This document shows positions 49,629 through 59,586 of a stretch of 64,000 nucleotides of DNA, piece after piece. Under the pieces are notes generated by a model. That model searched no databases. It was not told where the DNA came from and saw only the letters and a list, made by a program, of their open reading frames with translations. Each line of letters begins with the position of its first letter. Position 1 is the first letter of the stretch. The translations under genes and the position numbers were made by a program. The DNA is from an uncultured Spirochaetota bacterium (lineage in GTDB: Bacteria; Spirochaetota; Spirochaetia; SZUA-6; Fen-1364). The stretch is from the NCBI GenBank assembly GCA_963820525.1, contig CAWGAA010000001.1:1856001-1920000 (forward strand). The letters are read 5' to 3'.

Positions 49629-49838
49629 TGGAAAGAAGGGTACCACCTCCGGGACGGAGCCGCAACTCCGAATCGGGCGCCCGCCAAACACGGAGGGGCA
49701 TACGTCAGGGCGCCCGGGGGGGGACGCTTGCGAGGCCCTCACGGGGGGAGCTCCCCGTGGCATCTCCAGCGCTCCCACGGGCATTCTTCTGGCCAGGCCG
49801 CCTCCGGCGGGTGTATATTCGTGCGCGGAGAGGCTGGT

Positions 49839-50552
49839 ATGGCTCTGAAGGACAGGGTTGTCGCCATCGCCGGTGCGGCCGGCGGGCTTGGGCCCACCGT
49901 GGCGCGGCATTTCGCGGAAGCCGGAGCACGCCTTGCGGTGGCGGGTCGGAACAAGGCGGACCTGGACACGCTGCTCGATTCCCTCGCGCTCCCCCCCGAA
50001 AGGCGTCTGGCTTCGGCTGTCGATCTCGTGGATCCCGATTCGGCCCGCCGCTGGGCCGCCGAGGTGGTCTCCGTCTTCGGCAAGGTGGACGTGGTCCTCC
50101 ATCTGGTTGGGGGCTACAGGGGCGGCACGGCCATAGCGGACATCCCCCCCGAGGATTGGAAGTTCATAGCCGACTCCCTCATCGCCACGGCGCTCAATGT
50201 CGCCCGGGCCTTTGCGGGACCGCTTGCCGTAAACGGCTGGGGCCGCTTCATCGCGGTCACGTCGCCGTACGCCCGCAAGCCCACGGCAAAGAGAGCGGTC
50301 TATGCAATGGGCAAGGCGGCCACGGACGCCCTCATCCTCGCCCTTGCCGATGAACTGAAGGGAACGGGGGCCACCGCCAACGCGGTGTCGGCCTTCTCGA
50401 TCCTCACCCCCGAAGCCCGCGCCGCAGAGCCCGGCAAGCCGCTCGGCAAGGCTACGCTTGCCGAGGAGATCGCCTGCGCCATGCTGTTCCTCTGCTCGGA
50501 GGAGGCGGGGGCGATAAACGGCGAGATCCTCCCCCTCACGGCCCGCAGCTGA
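49839..50552 (+). CDS. Short-chain dehydrogenase/reductase
   Basis: GAAGGLG and YAMGK (YxxxK). Confidence 0.88.
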   Translation: MALKDRVVAIAGAAGGLGPTVARHFAEAGARLAVAGRNKADLDTLLDSLALPPERRLASAVDLVDPDSARRWAAEVVSVFGKVDVVLHLVGGYRGGTAIADIPPEDWKFIADSLIATALNVARAFAGPLAVNGWGRFIAVTSPYARKPTAKRAVYAMGKAATDALILALADELKGTGATANAVSAFSILTPEARAAEPGKPLGKATLAEEIACAMLFLCSEEAGAINGEILPLTARS

Positions 50553-50690
50553 ACGGGGGCTTTCGGGCACGCGAGCGGCCTACGGCTGATCGAGGGCCCG
50601 CCGCCGGCGCGGCCGCCCGCTCCCATCACGCCGCCCCCGCCTCCGGATGCCGGTTTGCGGCATCGCGCATTCGGTGCTATCCTGTTCGCG

Positions 50691-52793
50691 ATGCGCCTGA
50701 GGACCAAGCTCCTCATATGGATCCAGCTCATTCTCCTCCTGCAGATCCTCTTCACGGGAGGGTTCACCCTCACGACGTTCCTGCGCACCGCGCGCAGCTC
50801 CACCCGGGGAGATCTGGCCAGGGGCTGGAACCGGGGGCGCGCCTACATCGAGAGCCTGAAGCATTCGCTGTATACCGACATCTTCCAGCTCATGTTCTTC
50901 CTGAGAGACCGGGCGGAAGCGGCATCGGCGGAGGAGCTCACCGGCTGGCTGCGATACTTCATCAGTCTCACGCACGCCGACAGGATCCTGCTGCTCGACG
51001 ATCACGGCATCGTGCTGGTGGACGAATGGGCGAGGATCGAGCGCAATACAAGCCTTCCCCCCCGATTCATCGACTCCCGCGCCTTCCGCTTCCCCAGAAA
51101 CGCATTCGTGACCGGCACGGACCATACGGGGGAAACGCGGCTGTTCCTGGTGACGGGGACGACCCTCGGAGGGCCCGGCGGCGAGCGGCGCCACCTCTAC
51201 CTCATCACGAACATCGACAAGGCACGGGCCGAAGAGATAAGCGGGGAGGCGGGGACGGGGATCGCGTTCTTCGTCGGGCAGCGCTTCATCGCCTCGGACA
51301 CGGCGAGCTTTGCGCTGGAGGCCGAAGGCCCCGCTCCCTACAAGACCATCGACATCGGAAACCATCCCTACGAGATCTACTGCCAGCCTCTCTCCCACGA
51401 CATCGCGCAGAATGTGCGGCTCGTATCCCTGAAGTCGCTCCTGCCGGAGCGGCTTTCCATCAGGCCCGTCATCATCTCCTACCTCACCGCATTCCTGCTC
51501 ACCTTTGCCGCGTCGCTCTTCCTGGCCGCGGGCATGACCAGCCTGACCGTCTCTCCCTTCAGCAGGCTCAACCAATGGCTTCACGCCTACATGGACAGCG
51601 GGACGGTGGGAAACCTCGACATCCACTCCCGCGACGAGGTGGGCTTCCTCGCCGGCGCGTTCCATGGAATGATAAGCAACCTGATCGAAGAGAAGAGGAT
51701 CATCGGCGAGCAGCTGGACCAGATCAGCCTCTTGAATGCATACAACCAGACCATCATGGACAATATCACGGCCGCCATCATCGTCGCGGACGCCGATGGG
51801 GCCATCGAGTTCTGCAACGGCTACTTTCTCGACGTGACGGGGACGAGCTTCGAATCCCTCAACGGCGCGCCGTTGCCCGACCTTCTAGGCCGCCTTTTCC
51901 GCCTGCGGACCGCGGGCAATGCCGATGCCGATATCCTCCTGGACCGACAGGAGATCCTGGAGGGCCTCACCCTGGAGCGGCCGGGCCGGGAGCCCGTCCG
52001 CTTCACTGCAAAGATCAGGCCCATCAGCCTCTCGGGAAGCCGCAGGGGCAGCCTCATCGTGTTGGAGGACATCACGGCTGCCGAGAGGTTCTGGCAGAAG
52101 ATGATGATCGCGGACCGGGTGACCTCGCTGGGGATCCTCTCCGCGGGGATGGCCCATGAGATAAACAATCCGCTGGGCTCCATCCTCTCCCATGTCAGCT
52201 ATCTGAAGGCCGTGGAGCGCGAGAGCGAAAAGCTCGACTCCCTCTCCTGGATCGAGAGCGAGACGAGCAGGATCGCGGCAATCGTCAGCCGCATCCGCGC
52301 CTACTCGGCTCCGCATGGGGCGCTGGAGCCGCGGGCCGACGTCAACGAGCTTGTGCGCCAGACGCTGGAGGTGCTGAAGTTCACGCTGGAAAATCAGGGC
52401 CTGAGAACGACGCTGGACCTGGAGCAGGGGCTGCCTGCTGCGGCGTGCGCTCCCGACGAGCTCAAGCAGGTGATCCTCAACATCCTGCTCAATGCCTGTC
52501 AGGCCTCCTCCCGCGGCGGCGCCATCAGGCTCGCCACAAGCTCCGGCCCGGAGGCGCGGGTCAGGCTCACCGTCGAGGACGGGGGCATCGGCATCGAAGC
52601 AGCGGACCTTCCCAGCATCTTCAATCCCTTCTTCACGACAAAGGGGGCCAAGGATGGAAGCGGCCTGGGGCTTTCCATCTGCTACGCGATCGTCACGAGG
52701 GCCGGGGGGAGCATCCGGGTTGACAGCTCCCCCGGCAAGGGCACCACGGTGGAGGTGAGCTTGAATGTACATGAATATCCTCATCGTGGATGA
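50691..52793 (+). CDS. Membrane sensor histidine kinase (HAMP/PAS, NtrB/AtoS-like)
   Basis: Two TM segments; DEVGFL; AHEINNPL, NACQA, FNPFFTTK and GSGLGL. Confidence 0.92.
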   Translation: MRLRTKLLIWIQLILLLQILFTGGFTLTTFLRTARSSTRGDLARGWNRGRAYIESLKHSLYTDIFQLMFFLRDRAEAASAEELTGWLRYFISLTHADRILLLDDHGIVLVDEWARIERNTSLPPRFIDSRAFRFPRNAFVTGTDHTGETRLFLVTGTTLGGPGGERRHLYLITNIDKARAEEISGEAGTGIAFFVGQRFIASDTASFALEAEGPAPYKTIDIGNHPYEIYCQPLSHDIAQNVRLVSLKSLLPERLSIRPVIISYLTAFLLTFAASLFLAAGMTSLTVSPFSRLNQWLHAYMDSGTVGNLDIHSRDEVGFLAGAFHGMISNLIEEKRIIGEQLDQISLLNAYNQTIMDNITAAIIVADADGAIEFCNGYFLDVTGTSFESLNGAPLPDLLGRLFRLRTAGNADADILLDRQEILEGLTLERPGREPVRFTAKIRPISLSGSRRGSLIVLEDITAAERFWQKMMIADRVTSLGILSAGMAHEINNPLGSILSHVSYLKAVERESEKLDSLSWIESETSRIAAIVSRIRAYSAPHGALEPRADVNELVRQTLEVLKFTLENQGLRTTLDLEQGLPAAACAPDELKQVILNILLNACQASSRGGAIRLATSSGPEARVRLTVEDGGIGIEAADLPSIFNPFFTTKGAKDGSGLGLSICYAIVTRAGGSIRVDSSPGKGTTVEVSLNVHEYPHRG

Positions 52794-54120
52794 CGAGCCG
52801 GGCCTGCGAAACGGACTGGTCAAGCTCCTCGGCCTGCGGGGATACCGCGTCCTGGAGGCGGCGAGCTCGGCGGAGGCGCGGCGCGCCGTGGCGGAGAAGG
52901 AGGTGCACCTCATCCTGCTGGACCTCAAGCTGGGCCAGGAAAACGGCCTGGAGCTTCTGCGGGAGCTGAAACGCGAGGAGCCCGCGCTGCCCGTCATCAT
53001 CATCACCGGCCACGGGGATATCGCGAGCGCCGTGGAATGCATGAAAGCGGGAGCAACCAACTACATCCCCAAGCCCATCGATCATGACCTGCTGCTCTCC
53101 ATCATGGACAAAGAGCGGCTTGCCATGGCGGACAGGATGGACAGCGCGGCGTTCCGCCAGACCCTGGAGGCCGTGGCCGACATGAGGATGGTCAGGAGCT
53201 CCTGCCCCGAGATGAAGCGGATCGAGCGCGTGATAGAAAAGGTGAAGGACTCGGACGTGACGGTCCTCCTCCTGGGAGAGACCGGAACCGGCAAGGAAGT
53301 GATCGCCAAGACCATCCACTATTCCGGAAGGTATCGCGACCGACCCTTCGTCGGCCTGAACTGCGCCTCTCTCAACGAAAACCTGCTGGAGAGCGAGCTC
53401 TTCGGCCACGAGAAGGGAGCCTTCTCCGGCGCGGCGGGCAGGAAGATCGGCAGGTTCGAGCTTGCGGGGGACGGGACGCTCTTCCTCGACGAGATCGGGG
53501 ACATGAGCCTCGCCATGCAGGCAAAGCTTTTGCGGGTGCTGCAGGAAAAGACCCTGGAGCGCGTGGGCGGAACCAAGGCCGTTTCGGTCTACTGCCGGCT
53601 CATCGCGGCGACGAACAAGGACCTTGAGGCGCTGCGCGCAAGCGGCGGCTTTCGCGAGGACCTCTACTACAGGGTGAGCACGGTCTCCCTCCAGGTCCCG
53701 CCGCTCCGCGAGAGGCAGAGCGACATCCCCGAGTTCGTGAAGCTCTTCATCGACGAGGCCAACGCGAATTACCGCCGTGACGTGCAAAGCGTTCCGCCCC
53801 CGGTCATGAAGCGGCTCCTTTCCTACTCCTGGCCGGGCAATATCCGGCAGCTGAAGAACGTGGTCACCAATGCCGTCATCTTGAGCGAGGCGGGAGGGCT
53901 TGCTCCCATCGAGCTGCCGGATGGAGGAGGACAGGACCCGGCGGATCTTCCCCTCGAAGGAACGCTCAAGGAGACGGTCCTTCGGCACACGGCGGCGTTG
54001 GAGAAAGGCATCATCCGCAGAGCCCTGGAGAACAACGGCGGAAACGTCTCACGCACGGCGTTCGAGCTGGGAATCAGCCGCAAGACCCTGTACGAGAAGA
54101 TGCGAAATTACTCGATGTAA
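52771..54120 (+). CDS. Sigma-54-dependent response regulator (NtrC/AtoC family)
   Basis: REC domain, GETGTGKE, ESELFGHEKGAFSGA, WPGNIRQL and a Fis-type HTH. Confidence 0.95.
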   Translation: MNILIVDDEPGLRNGLVKLLGLRGYRVLEAASSAEARRAVAEKEVHLILLDLKLGQENGLELLRELKREEPALPVIIITGHGDIASAVECMKAGATNYIPKPIDHDLLLSIMDKERLAMADRMDSAAFRQTLEAVADMRMVRSSCPEMKRIERVIEKVKDSDVTVLLLGETGTGKEVIAKTIHYSGRYRDRPFVGLNCASLNENLLESELFGHEKGAFSGAAGRKIGRFELAGDGTLFLDEIGDMSLAMQAKLLRVLQEKTLERVGGTKAVSVYCRLIAATNKDLEALRASGGFREDLYYRVSTVSLQVPPLRERQSDIPEFVKLFIDEANANYRRDVQSVPPPVMKRLLSYSWPGNIRQLKNVVTNAVILSEAGGLAPIELPDGGGQDPADLPLEGTLKETVLRHTAALEKGIIRRALENNGGNVSRTAFELGISRKTLYEKMRNYSM

Positions 54121-54215
54121 GAATGTTACATCAGTGAAACGTTTTGTTACCTTCAGGAAACGCTTTTTCCCGTGCTTGGACCCGGTTTCTTGCATTGGCG
54201 TTACCTCAGGGTAAC
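54116..54215. promoter_or_regulatory. Candidate enhancer (UAS) palindromes
   Basis: TGTAA-N5-TTACA (54116-54130) and GTTACC-N4-GGTAAC (54200-54215), 100-200 bp upstream of the sigma-54 promoter. Confidence 0.5.
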
Positions 54216-54315
54216 ACCGCCGGAATCTTACTACAATCGGGCTGATCGATGAGGAAGAACGACATTTAATTCTAAATAATATAATTAATTATTAAGAGCC
54301 CCTTTGGATAGACTA

Positions 54316-54332
54316 TGGCATTTTAATTGCAT
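54316..54332 (+). promoter_or_regulatory. Sigma-54 (-24/-12) promoter of the sugar ABC operon
   Basis: TGGCATTTTAATTGCAT has GG-N10-GC spacing; an AT-rich tract lies upstream; the activator gene is adjacent. Confidence 0.8.
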
Positions 54333-54371
54333 ATAATTAACTATCCGAATTCCAATTAAGGAGGTTTTGGG

Positions 54372-55469
54372 ATGAAACGCATTGTTATCCTCATTTCCGC
54401 CCTTCTCCTTGTGGCGGCCTCTCTCGCGTTCATCGCGGGATGCGCGGGCAAGGGCAAAGTGGCAGTAGGAATAGTCCTGCCCACCAAGGATGAGCCCAGA
54501 TGGATCCAGGACCAGACACGGTTCCAGGATGCCCTGAAGGCGGCCGGCTACTCCGCCGAAATCCTCTTCAGCCAGGGCGACTCCGCCAAGGAGAAGGCGA
54601 ACGTCGAATCACTGATCACCAAGGGCGTCAAAGTCATCATCATCTGCCCCCAGGACGCCTCTGCAGCGGCGGCCGCAGCCGATGAAGCGCATGCCGCGGG
54701 CGTGAAGGTCATCTCCTACGACAGGTTGATCCGCGATACCGCTTCCGTAGACTACTACGTCACCTTCGACAGCGTCGCGGTCGGCGCAGCATGGGGAACC
54801 TACCTGTCCGAAAAGGCTTCCGGCAAGGGCAACAACCTCTACCTGTATGCGGGAGCCGCGACCGACAACAACTCCTTCCTCTTCTTCCAGGGAGCATGGA
54901 GCGTGCTTCAGCCGAAGATCGCAGACGGCACCTTCGTCATCAAGAACTCAAGCGAAGCCATCGCGCTCAAGGGCAAGGCTGATCTCTCCCGCGAGGAGAT
55001 GGGCAGAATCATCGGCCAGGTCACCACGAACTGGAACTTCAACGACGCCAAGAGCAAGGCCGAGGCCAACCTGACCTCCGCCAAGGCCGCCGACAAGGGC
55101 ACCGTGTTCATCTGCGCCCCGAACGACGGCACAGCCCGCGCCATTGCGGACGCTTTCGCCGCCGACAAGGCAGTCACGAAGTACTACATCTCCGGCCAGG
55201 ATGCGGAGAAGGCTTCCATCCAGTACATCATCGACGGAAAGCAGTCCATGACCGTGCTGAAGGACGTGCGCGTTCTGGTCAAGGACGCCGTCAATGCCGC
55301 GGCCGCCTATCTCAAGGGCCAGACGCCCGAACAGACAAACACCTACAACAACGGCAAGATCGACGTCCCGGCCAAGCCGTCCGCCATCATCACCGTGACC
55401 AAGGACAACGTGAAGGCCGAGATCGTAGACTCCGGCTATTGGCCCGCCAGCGACTTCACGGGGCTGTAA
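54372..55469 (+). CDS. Monosaccharide ABC transporter substrate-binding lipoprotein (ChvE/XylF-like)
   Basis: Lipobox IAGC; LPTKDEPRW, ISYDRLI, APNDG and SGQDAE. Confidence 0.92.
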   Translation: MKRIVILISALLLVAASLAFIAGCAGKGKVAVGIVLPTKDEPRWIQDQTRFQDALKAAGYSAEILFSQGDSAKEKANVESLITKGVKVIIICPQDASAAAAAADEAHAAGVKVISYDRLIRDTASVDYYVTFDSVAVGAAWGTYLSEKASGKGNNLYLYAGAATDNNSFLFFQGAWSVLQPKIADGTFVIKNSSEAIALKGKADLSREEMGRIIGQVTTNWNFNDAKSKAEANLTSAKAADKGTVFICAPNDGTARAIADAFAADKAVTKYYISGQDAEKASIQYIIDGKQSMTVLKDVRVLVKDAVNAAAAYLKGQTPEQTNTYNNGKIDVPAKPSAIITVTKDNVKAEIVDSGYWPASDFTGL

Positions 55470-55495
55470 GAGAGTATCTGACCGCATCTTTTTTC

Positions 55496-55529
55496 CGGAA
55501 TAGTGGTGGACGCATCCACCACTATTCCG
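55496..55529. other. Perfect 15-bp-stem hairpin between the SBP and ATPase genes
   Basis: CGGAATAGTGGTGGA-CGCA-TCCACCACTATTCCG. Confidence 0.8.
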
Positions 55530-55575
55530 CTACTATTTGCGTGCACCAATCGCATCTCCAGGAGTCGATAAGCCT

Positions 55576-57096
55576 ATGGACACTCCCATATTAGAGATGA
55601 AAAACATCACCAAGACCTTCCCCGGCGTCAAAGCCCTGAGCGACGTGAGCTTTCGAGTCAAGGAGCACGAGATCCATTGCCTCGTGGGGGAAAACGGCGC
55701 GGGCAAATCCACCCTCATGAAGGTCTTAAGCGGGGTATATCCCCACGGTGAATACACGGGGGAGATCCTTTTCGGCGGAAAATCCCAGGTCTTCCGGGGC
55801 ATCAGCGACAGCGAAAGGGCCGGGATCGCCATCATCTATCAGGAGCTGGCGCTCGTTCCCGAGATGACGGTATACGAAAACATTTTTCTCGGCAACGAAA
55901 TCACAAACGGCTTCCTGGTGGACTGGAATGAAACGATCAAGAGGGCGAGCGAAATGCTCGCCAAGGTGCGGCTTTCCGTGAACCCCGACACGAAGGTCAA
56001 GGAGCTTGGCGTGGGAAAGCAGCAGTTGATCGAGATCGCCAAGGCGCTGAGCAGGGACGTGAAGCTTCTCATCCTGGACGAACCGACCGCGTCGCTGAAC
56101 GAGGACGACTGCGAGAACCTGCTGAATCTGGTGCGCGGCCTCAAGCACCAGGGGGTGACCTGCGTGCTGATTTCGCACAAGCTGAAGGAAGTGATCAAGA
56201 TCGCGGACACGGTCACCGTCCTTCGCGACGGCCAGACCATCTGCACGCTGGATGCCGGCAAGGGAGAGGTGTCGGAGGGCGTGCTGATCAAGCACATGGT
56301 GGGACGCGAGATCGACAACATCTATCCCCGGAGAAAACACCAGAGATCCGAGGACGTGGTGCTGGAGGTCAGGAACTGGAGCGCCTTCGACCCGAAGCTC
56401 GGACGGACCATCCTCAAGGACATCGCCTTCACCCTGAAGAAGGGCGAGATCGTGGGCTTCGCCGGCCTGATGGGGTCCGGACGCACGGAGCTGGCCAAGA
56501 GCGTATTCGGAAATCCGGACGGCTACCGGATACGCGGGGAGATGTTCATCAAGGGAAAAGGGACGCGCTTCAATCACCCCCACGACGCCATCGGCGCAGG
56601 GGTCGCCTACGCCACCGAGGACAGGAAAGGCAACGGCCTCATTCTCATCCAGGACGTGAAACAGAACATCACCCTCGCCAATTTGCACGAGATAGCGAAC
56701 CGCGGCGTCATAGACGAAAACAAAGAGGTGAAGGTGGCGGACGAATACAAGACCGCCCTCAACATCAAGACGCCGAGCGTCGAGCAGATCGTCTCCAACT
56801 TAAGCGGCGGAAACCAGCAGAAGGTATCGGTGGCCAAATGGCTGTTCGTCAAACCCGAGGTGCTCATCCTGGACGAGCCGACGCGCGGCATCGACGTCGG
56901 CGCGAAATACGAGATCTACACCATCATGAACAGGCTGGTGGAACAGGGGATGAGCATCATCATGATATCCTCCGAGCTGCCCGAGATCCTCGGGATGAGC
57001 GACAGGGTGTACATCGTTTCTTCCGGCAGAATCGCAGGGGAGATGCCGACGGGGGAAGCGACGCAGGAAAAAATCATGGAGATGGCGACGAACTAG
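55576..57096 (+). CDS. Sugar ABC transporter ATP-binding protein (GguA/XylG-like)
   Basis: GENGAGKST, LSGGNQQKV and DEPTRGIDVGAK. Confidence 0.95.
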   Translation: MDTPILEMKNITKTFPGVKALSDVSFRVKEHEIHCLVGENGAGKSTLMKVLSGVYPHGEYTGEILFGGKSQVFRGISDSERAGIAIIYQELALVPEMTVYENIFLGNEITNGFLVDWNETIKRASEMLAKVRLSVNPDTKVKELGVGKQQLIEIAKALSRDVKLLILDEPTASLNEDDCENLLNLVRGLKHQGVTCVLISHKLKEVIKIADTVTVLRDGQTICTLDAGKGEVSEGVLIKHMVGREIDNIYPRRKHQRSEDVVLEVRNWSAFDPKLGRTILKDIAFTLKKGEIVGFAGLMGSGRTELAKSVFGNPDGYRIRGEMFIKGKGTRFNHPHDAIGAGVAYATEDRKGNGLILIQDVKQNITLANLHEIANRGVIDENKEVKVADEYKTALNIKTPSVEQIVSNLSGGNQQKVSVAKWLFVKPEVLILDEPTRGIDVGAKYEIYTIMNRLVEQGMSIIMISSELPEILGMSDRVYIVSSGRIAGEMPTGEATQEKIMEMATN

Positions 57097-57108
57097 AGGA
57101 GGCGAAAC

Positions 57109-58296
57109 GTGACTGCAAAAGACCTGCAAAGGGTGATGCGGCAGAACATCCGCGAATACGGAATGTACATCGCCCTCTTCATCATCATGGCGATCTTCAC
57201 GGCCACGACGGGCGGCAGCTTCATCTCGTCCCGGAACATCAGCGACCTGATAAACCAGACCGGCTACATCGCGGTGCTGGCGGTCGGCATGACGCTGGTC
57301 ATCGTCATCAGGCACATCGACCTTTCCGTCGGATTTCTCGCGGGCTTCCTGGGAGCGATCGCGGCGATCGCGCTCGTCTTCTGGCACTTTCCCGTCTACG
57401 TCGTCATCCCGCTCGTGCTCGGGCTGGGAGTCGCCGCGGGGGTGGTCACCGCTTTTCCGGTGGCGCAATTGGGAATTCCCTCCTTCGTGGCGTCGCTGGC
57501 GGGATGGCTGATCTATCGAGGCGCGCTGCTCCTCGTCACCTTGAAGACGGGGACGATCATCGTCCCTGACCCCGTCTTCAACGCCCTGAGCAACGGCTAC
57601 ATTCCCGACATTCTGCCTGCCGCGTTCCTGCCCGGCGTGCACAAGCTCACGCTCATCCTGGGCGCCGTGGCCATCGTGTGGTACATGAATACACAACTGA
57701 GAAACCGCAAAAACAAGCTCGCCTATAACTTCGAAGTGCTGCCCAAGGACATGTTCGTGCTGAAGCTGATTTTCATATCGGCTCTGCTCGCCGTGATCAC
57801 GTGGGTGCTTTCGGGATACAATGGCCTTTCCTGGTCCGCCGTCATCGTGCTGCTGGTGGTCGCCATCTATCATTTTGTCACCTCGCGGACGGTGCTCGGC
57901 AGGCACATCTACGCCATCGGTGGAAACCCGGAAGCGGCGGAGCTCTCCGGCATCAGCGTGAAGAAACTCACCTACGTGGTTTTCGGCTCCATGGGCATGC
58001 TTTCCGCCCTATCCGGCATCCTGTTCACGTCCCGCCTGCGCTCCGCCACGACAGTGGCGGGAACCCTCTTCGAGCTTGACTCCATCGCGGCCGCCTACAT
58101 CGGCGGGGTATCCGCGGCGGGCGGGGTGGGCAAGGTGGCGGGGTCCCTCATCGGCGCGCTGGTGTATATATCGCTCACCAACGGCATGAACCTGATGACC
58201 ACCGACATCTCCCTGCAGTATATCGTCCGCGGGGCCGTGCTGGCAGCGGCCGTCATATTCGACGTCGCGACGCGGCGCGGCGGGGGTGGAAAATAA
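57109..58296 (+). CDS. Sugar ABC transporter permease (GguB/XylH-like)
   Basis: HIDLSVG, GRHIYAIGGNPEAAELSGI and ELDSIAAAYIGG. Confidence 0.95.
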   Translation: MTAKDLQRVMRQNIREYGMYIALFIIMAIFTATTGGSFISSRNISDLINQTGYIAVLAVGMTLVIVIRHIDLSVGFLAGFLGAIAAIALVFWHFPVYVVIPLVLGLGVAAGVVTAFPVAQLGIPSFVASLAGWLIYRGALLLVTLKTGTIIVPDPVFNALSNGYIPDILPAAFLPGVHKLTLILGAVAIVWYMNTQLRNRKNKLAYNFEVLPKDMFVLKLIFISALLAVITWVLSGYNGLSWSAVIVLLVVAIYHFVTSRTVLGRHIYAIGGNPEAAELSGISVKKLTYVVFGSMGMLSALSGILFTSRLRSATTVAGTLFELDSIAAAYIGGVSAAGGVGKVAGSLIGALVYISLTNGMNLMTTDISLQYIVRGAVLAAAVIFDVATRRGGGGK

Positions 58297-58328
58297 GGCC
58301 TCCCGCAGCCCTTCTGGCGGGGGCGCTT

Positions 58329-59564
58329 TTGTGCATGGTGCCGGGAGCGCTCTCCGCCCGCGGCGGCGTGGAAGCGGGGGAATCGGACGCCCGCAAGCTG
58401 GAGATCTTCAGCTGGTGGACCGCCGGCGGCGAGGCCGACGGGCTTACGGCCATGGCGCAGATCTACAAGCGGCAGCACCCCGACATCGAGTTCATCAACG
58501 CCACGGTGGCCGGAGGGGCCGGCTCCATCGCCAAGTCTGTGCTGGCCACGCGGATGCAGGGCGGAAATCCGCCGGATTCCTTCCAGGTTCACGCCGGTCA
58601 CGAGCTTATAGACACCTGGGTGGCGGCGGGAAAGATGGAGCCCATCACCTTTGTCTTCAGGCGGAACGGAGACCTTGACAAGTTTCCCAAGGGGCTGATC
58701 GACATCATCTCCTCCAAGGGAGAGATCTACAGCGTGCCCGTGAACATTCACCGCTCCAATGTCCTGTGGTACAACAAGAGGATCTTCTCTTCCTCCCGGC
58801 TGGCCCCTCCAAAGACCCTGGGCGAGCTGGTGAGAGTGGCTGAAAAGCTCGCCTCCCGGGGAATCACCCCCCTCGCCCTCGGAGACAACGGGATCTGGGC
58901 GTCCACGCACCTCTTCGAGAGCATCCTCCTGGGCACGCTTGGCCCCGAGGCGTACAAGGGCCTGTGGACCGGCAGAACGGCCTGGGAAGGGACCGGGGTG
59001 AAGAGCGCGCTGGTCACCTTCGCCCGGCTCATGGAGTACGTGAACACGGACCACGCGGCCCTGAGCTGGGACGCCGCGGCCCAGTACGTCATCGACGGCA
59101 AGTGCGCCATGACCGTCATGGGCGACTGGGTTGAAGGCTACTTCACGGCCAAGGGCTTGAAGCCGAACCTCGAGTTCGGCTGGGTGCCCTCCCCCGGAAC
59201 GGACGGCTCCTTCATCATGCTCTCCGACTCCTTCGGCCTGCCCAAGGGGGCCCCCCACCGGGACGCAGCCATAAAATGGCTGGCCCTCTGCGCGTCCCGG
59301 GAGGGACAGGACGCCTTCAACCCCAAGAAGGGCTCCATCCCCTCGCGCGTGGACTGCGACAAGAGCCTCTACGACGCATACCTGAAATCCGCCATGGACG
59401 AGTTCGCCGCTGACACCATCGTTCCCAGCGTCACCCACGGCGCGGCTGCCTCTGAAGGCTGGCTCACCTCCATCAACGACGCCATGGCCGCATTCGTCTC
59501 GGACCTCAACGTCGACAAGGCCGCATCCCAGCTCGCCGGGGCGGCGCGGATGTACGCGCGGTAG
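58329..59564 (+). CDS. Carbohydrate ABC substrate-binding protein (glucose-binding, CUT1 type); start uncertain
   Basis: EIFSWWTAGGEADGL, PVNIHRSN, MGDW and FNPKKGSIP. Confidence 0.9.
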   Translation: MCMVPGALSARGGVEAGESDARKLEIFSWWTAGGEADGLTAMAQIYKRQHPDIEFINATVAGGAGSIAKSVLATRMQGGNPPDSFQVHAGHELIDTWVAAGKMEPITFVFRRNGDLDKFPKGLIDIISSKGEIYSVPVNIHRSNVLWYNKRIFSSSRLAPPKTLGELVRVAEKLASRGITPLALGDNGIWASTHLFESILLGTLGPEAYKGLWTGRTAWEGTGVKSALVTFARLMEYVNTDHAALSWDAAAQYVIDGKCAMTVMGDWVEGYFTAKGLKPNLEFGWVPSPGTDGSFIMLSDSFGLPKGAPHRDAAIKWLALCASREGQDAFNPKKGSIPSRVDCDKSLYDAYLKSAMDEFAADTIVPSVTHGAAASEGWLTSINDAMAAFVSDLNVDKAASQLAGAARMYAR

Positions 59565-59586
59565 CCGCTGGACAAGGAGGCTTTCC

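Noticed and set aside
49629..50570. N-terminal 314-aa extension of the hybrid kinase in the ORF track
   Set aside because: It is antisense to a clear SDR gene; the kinase-like sequence starts near 49628.
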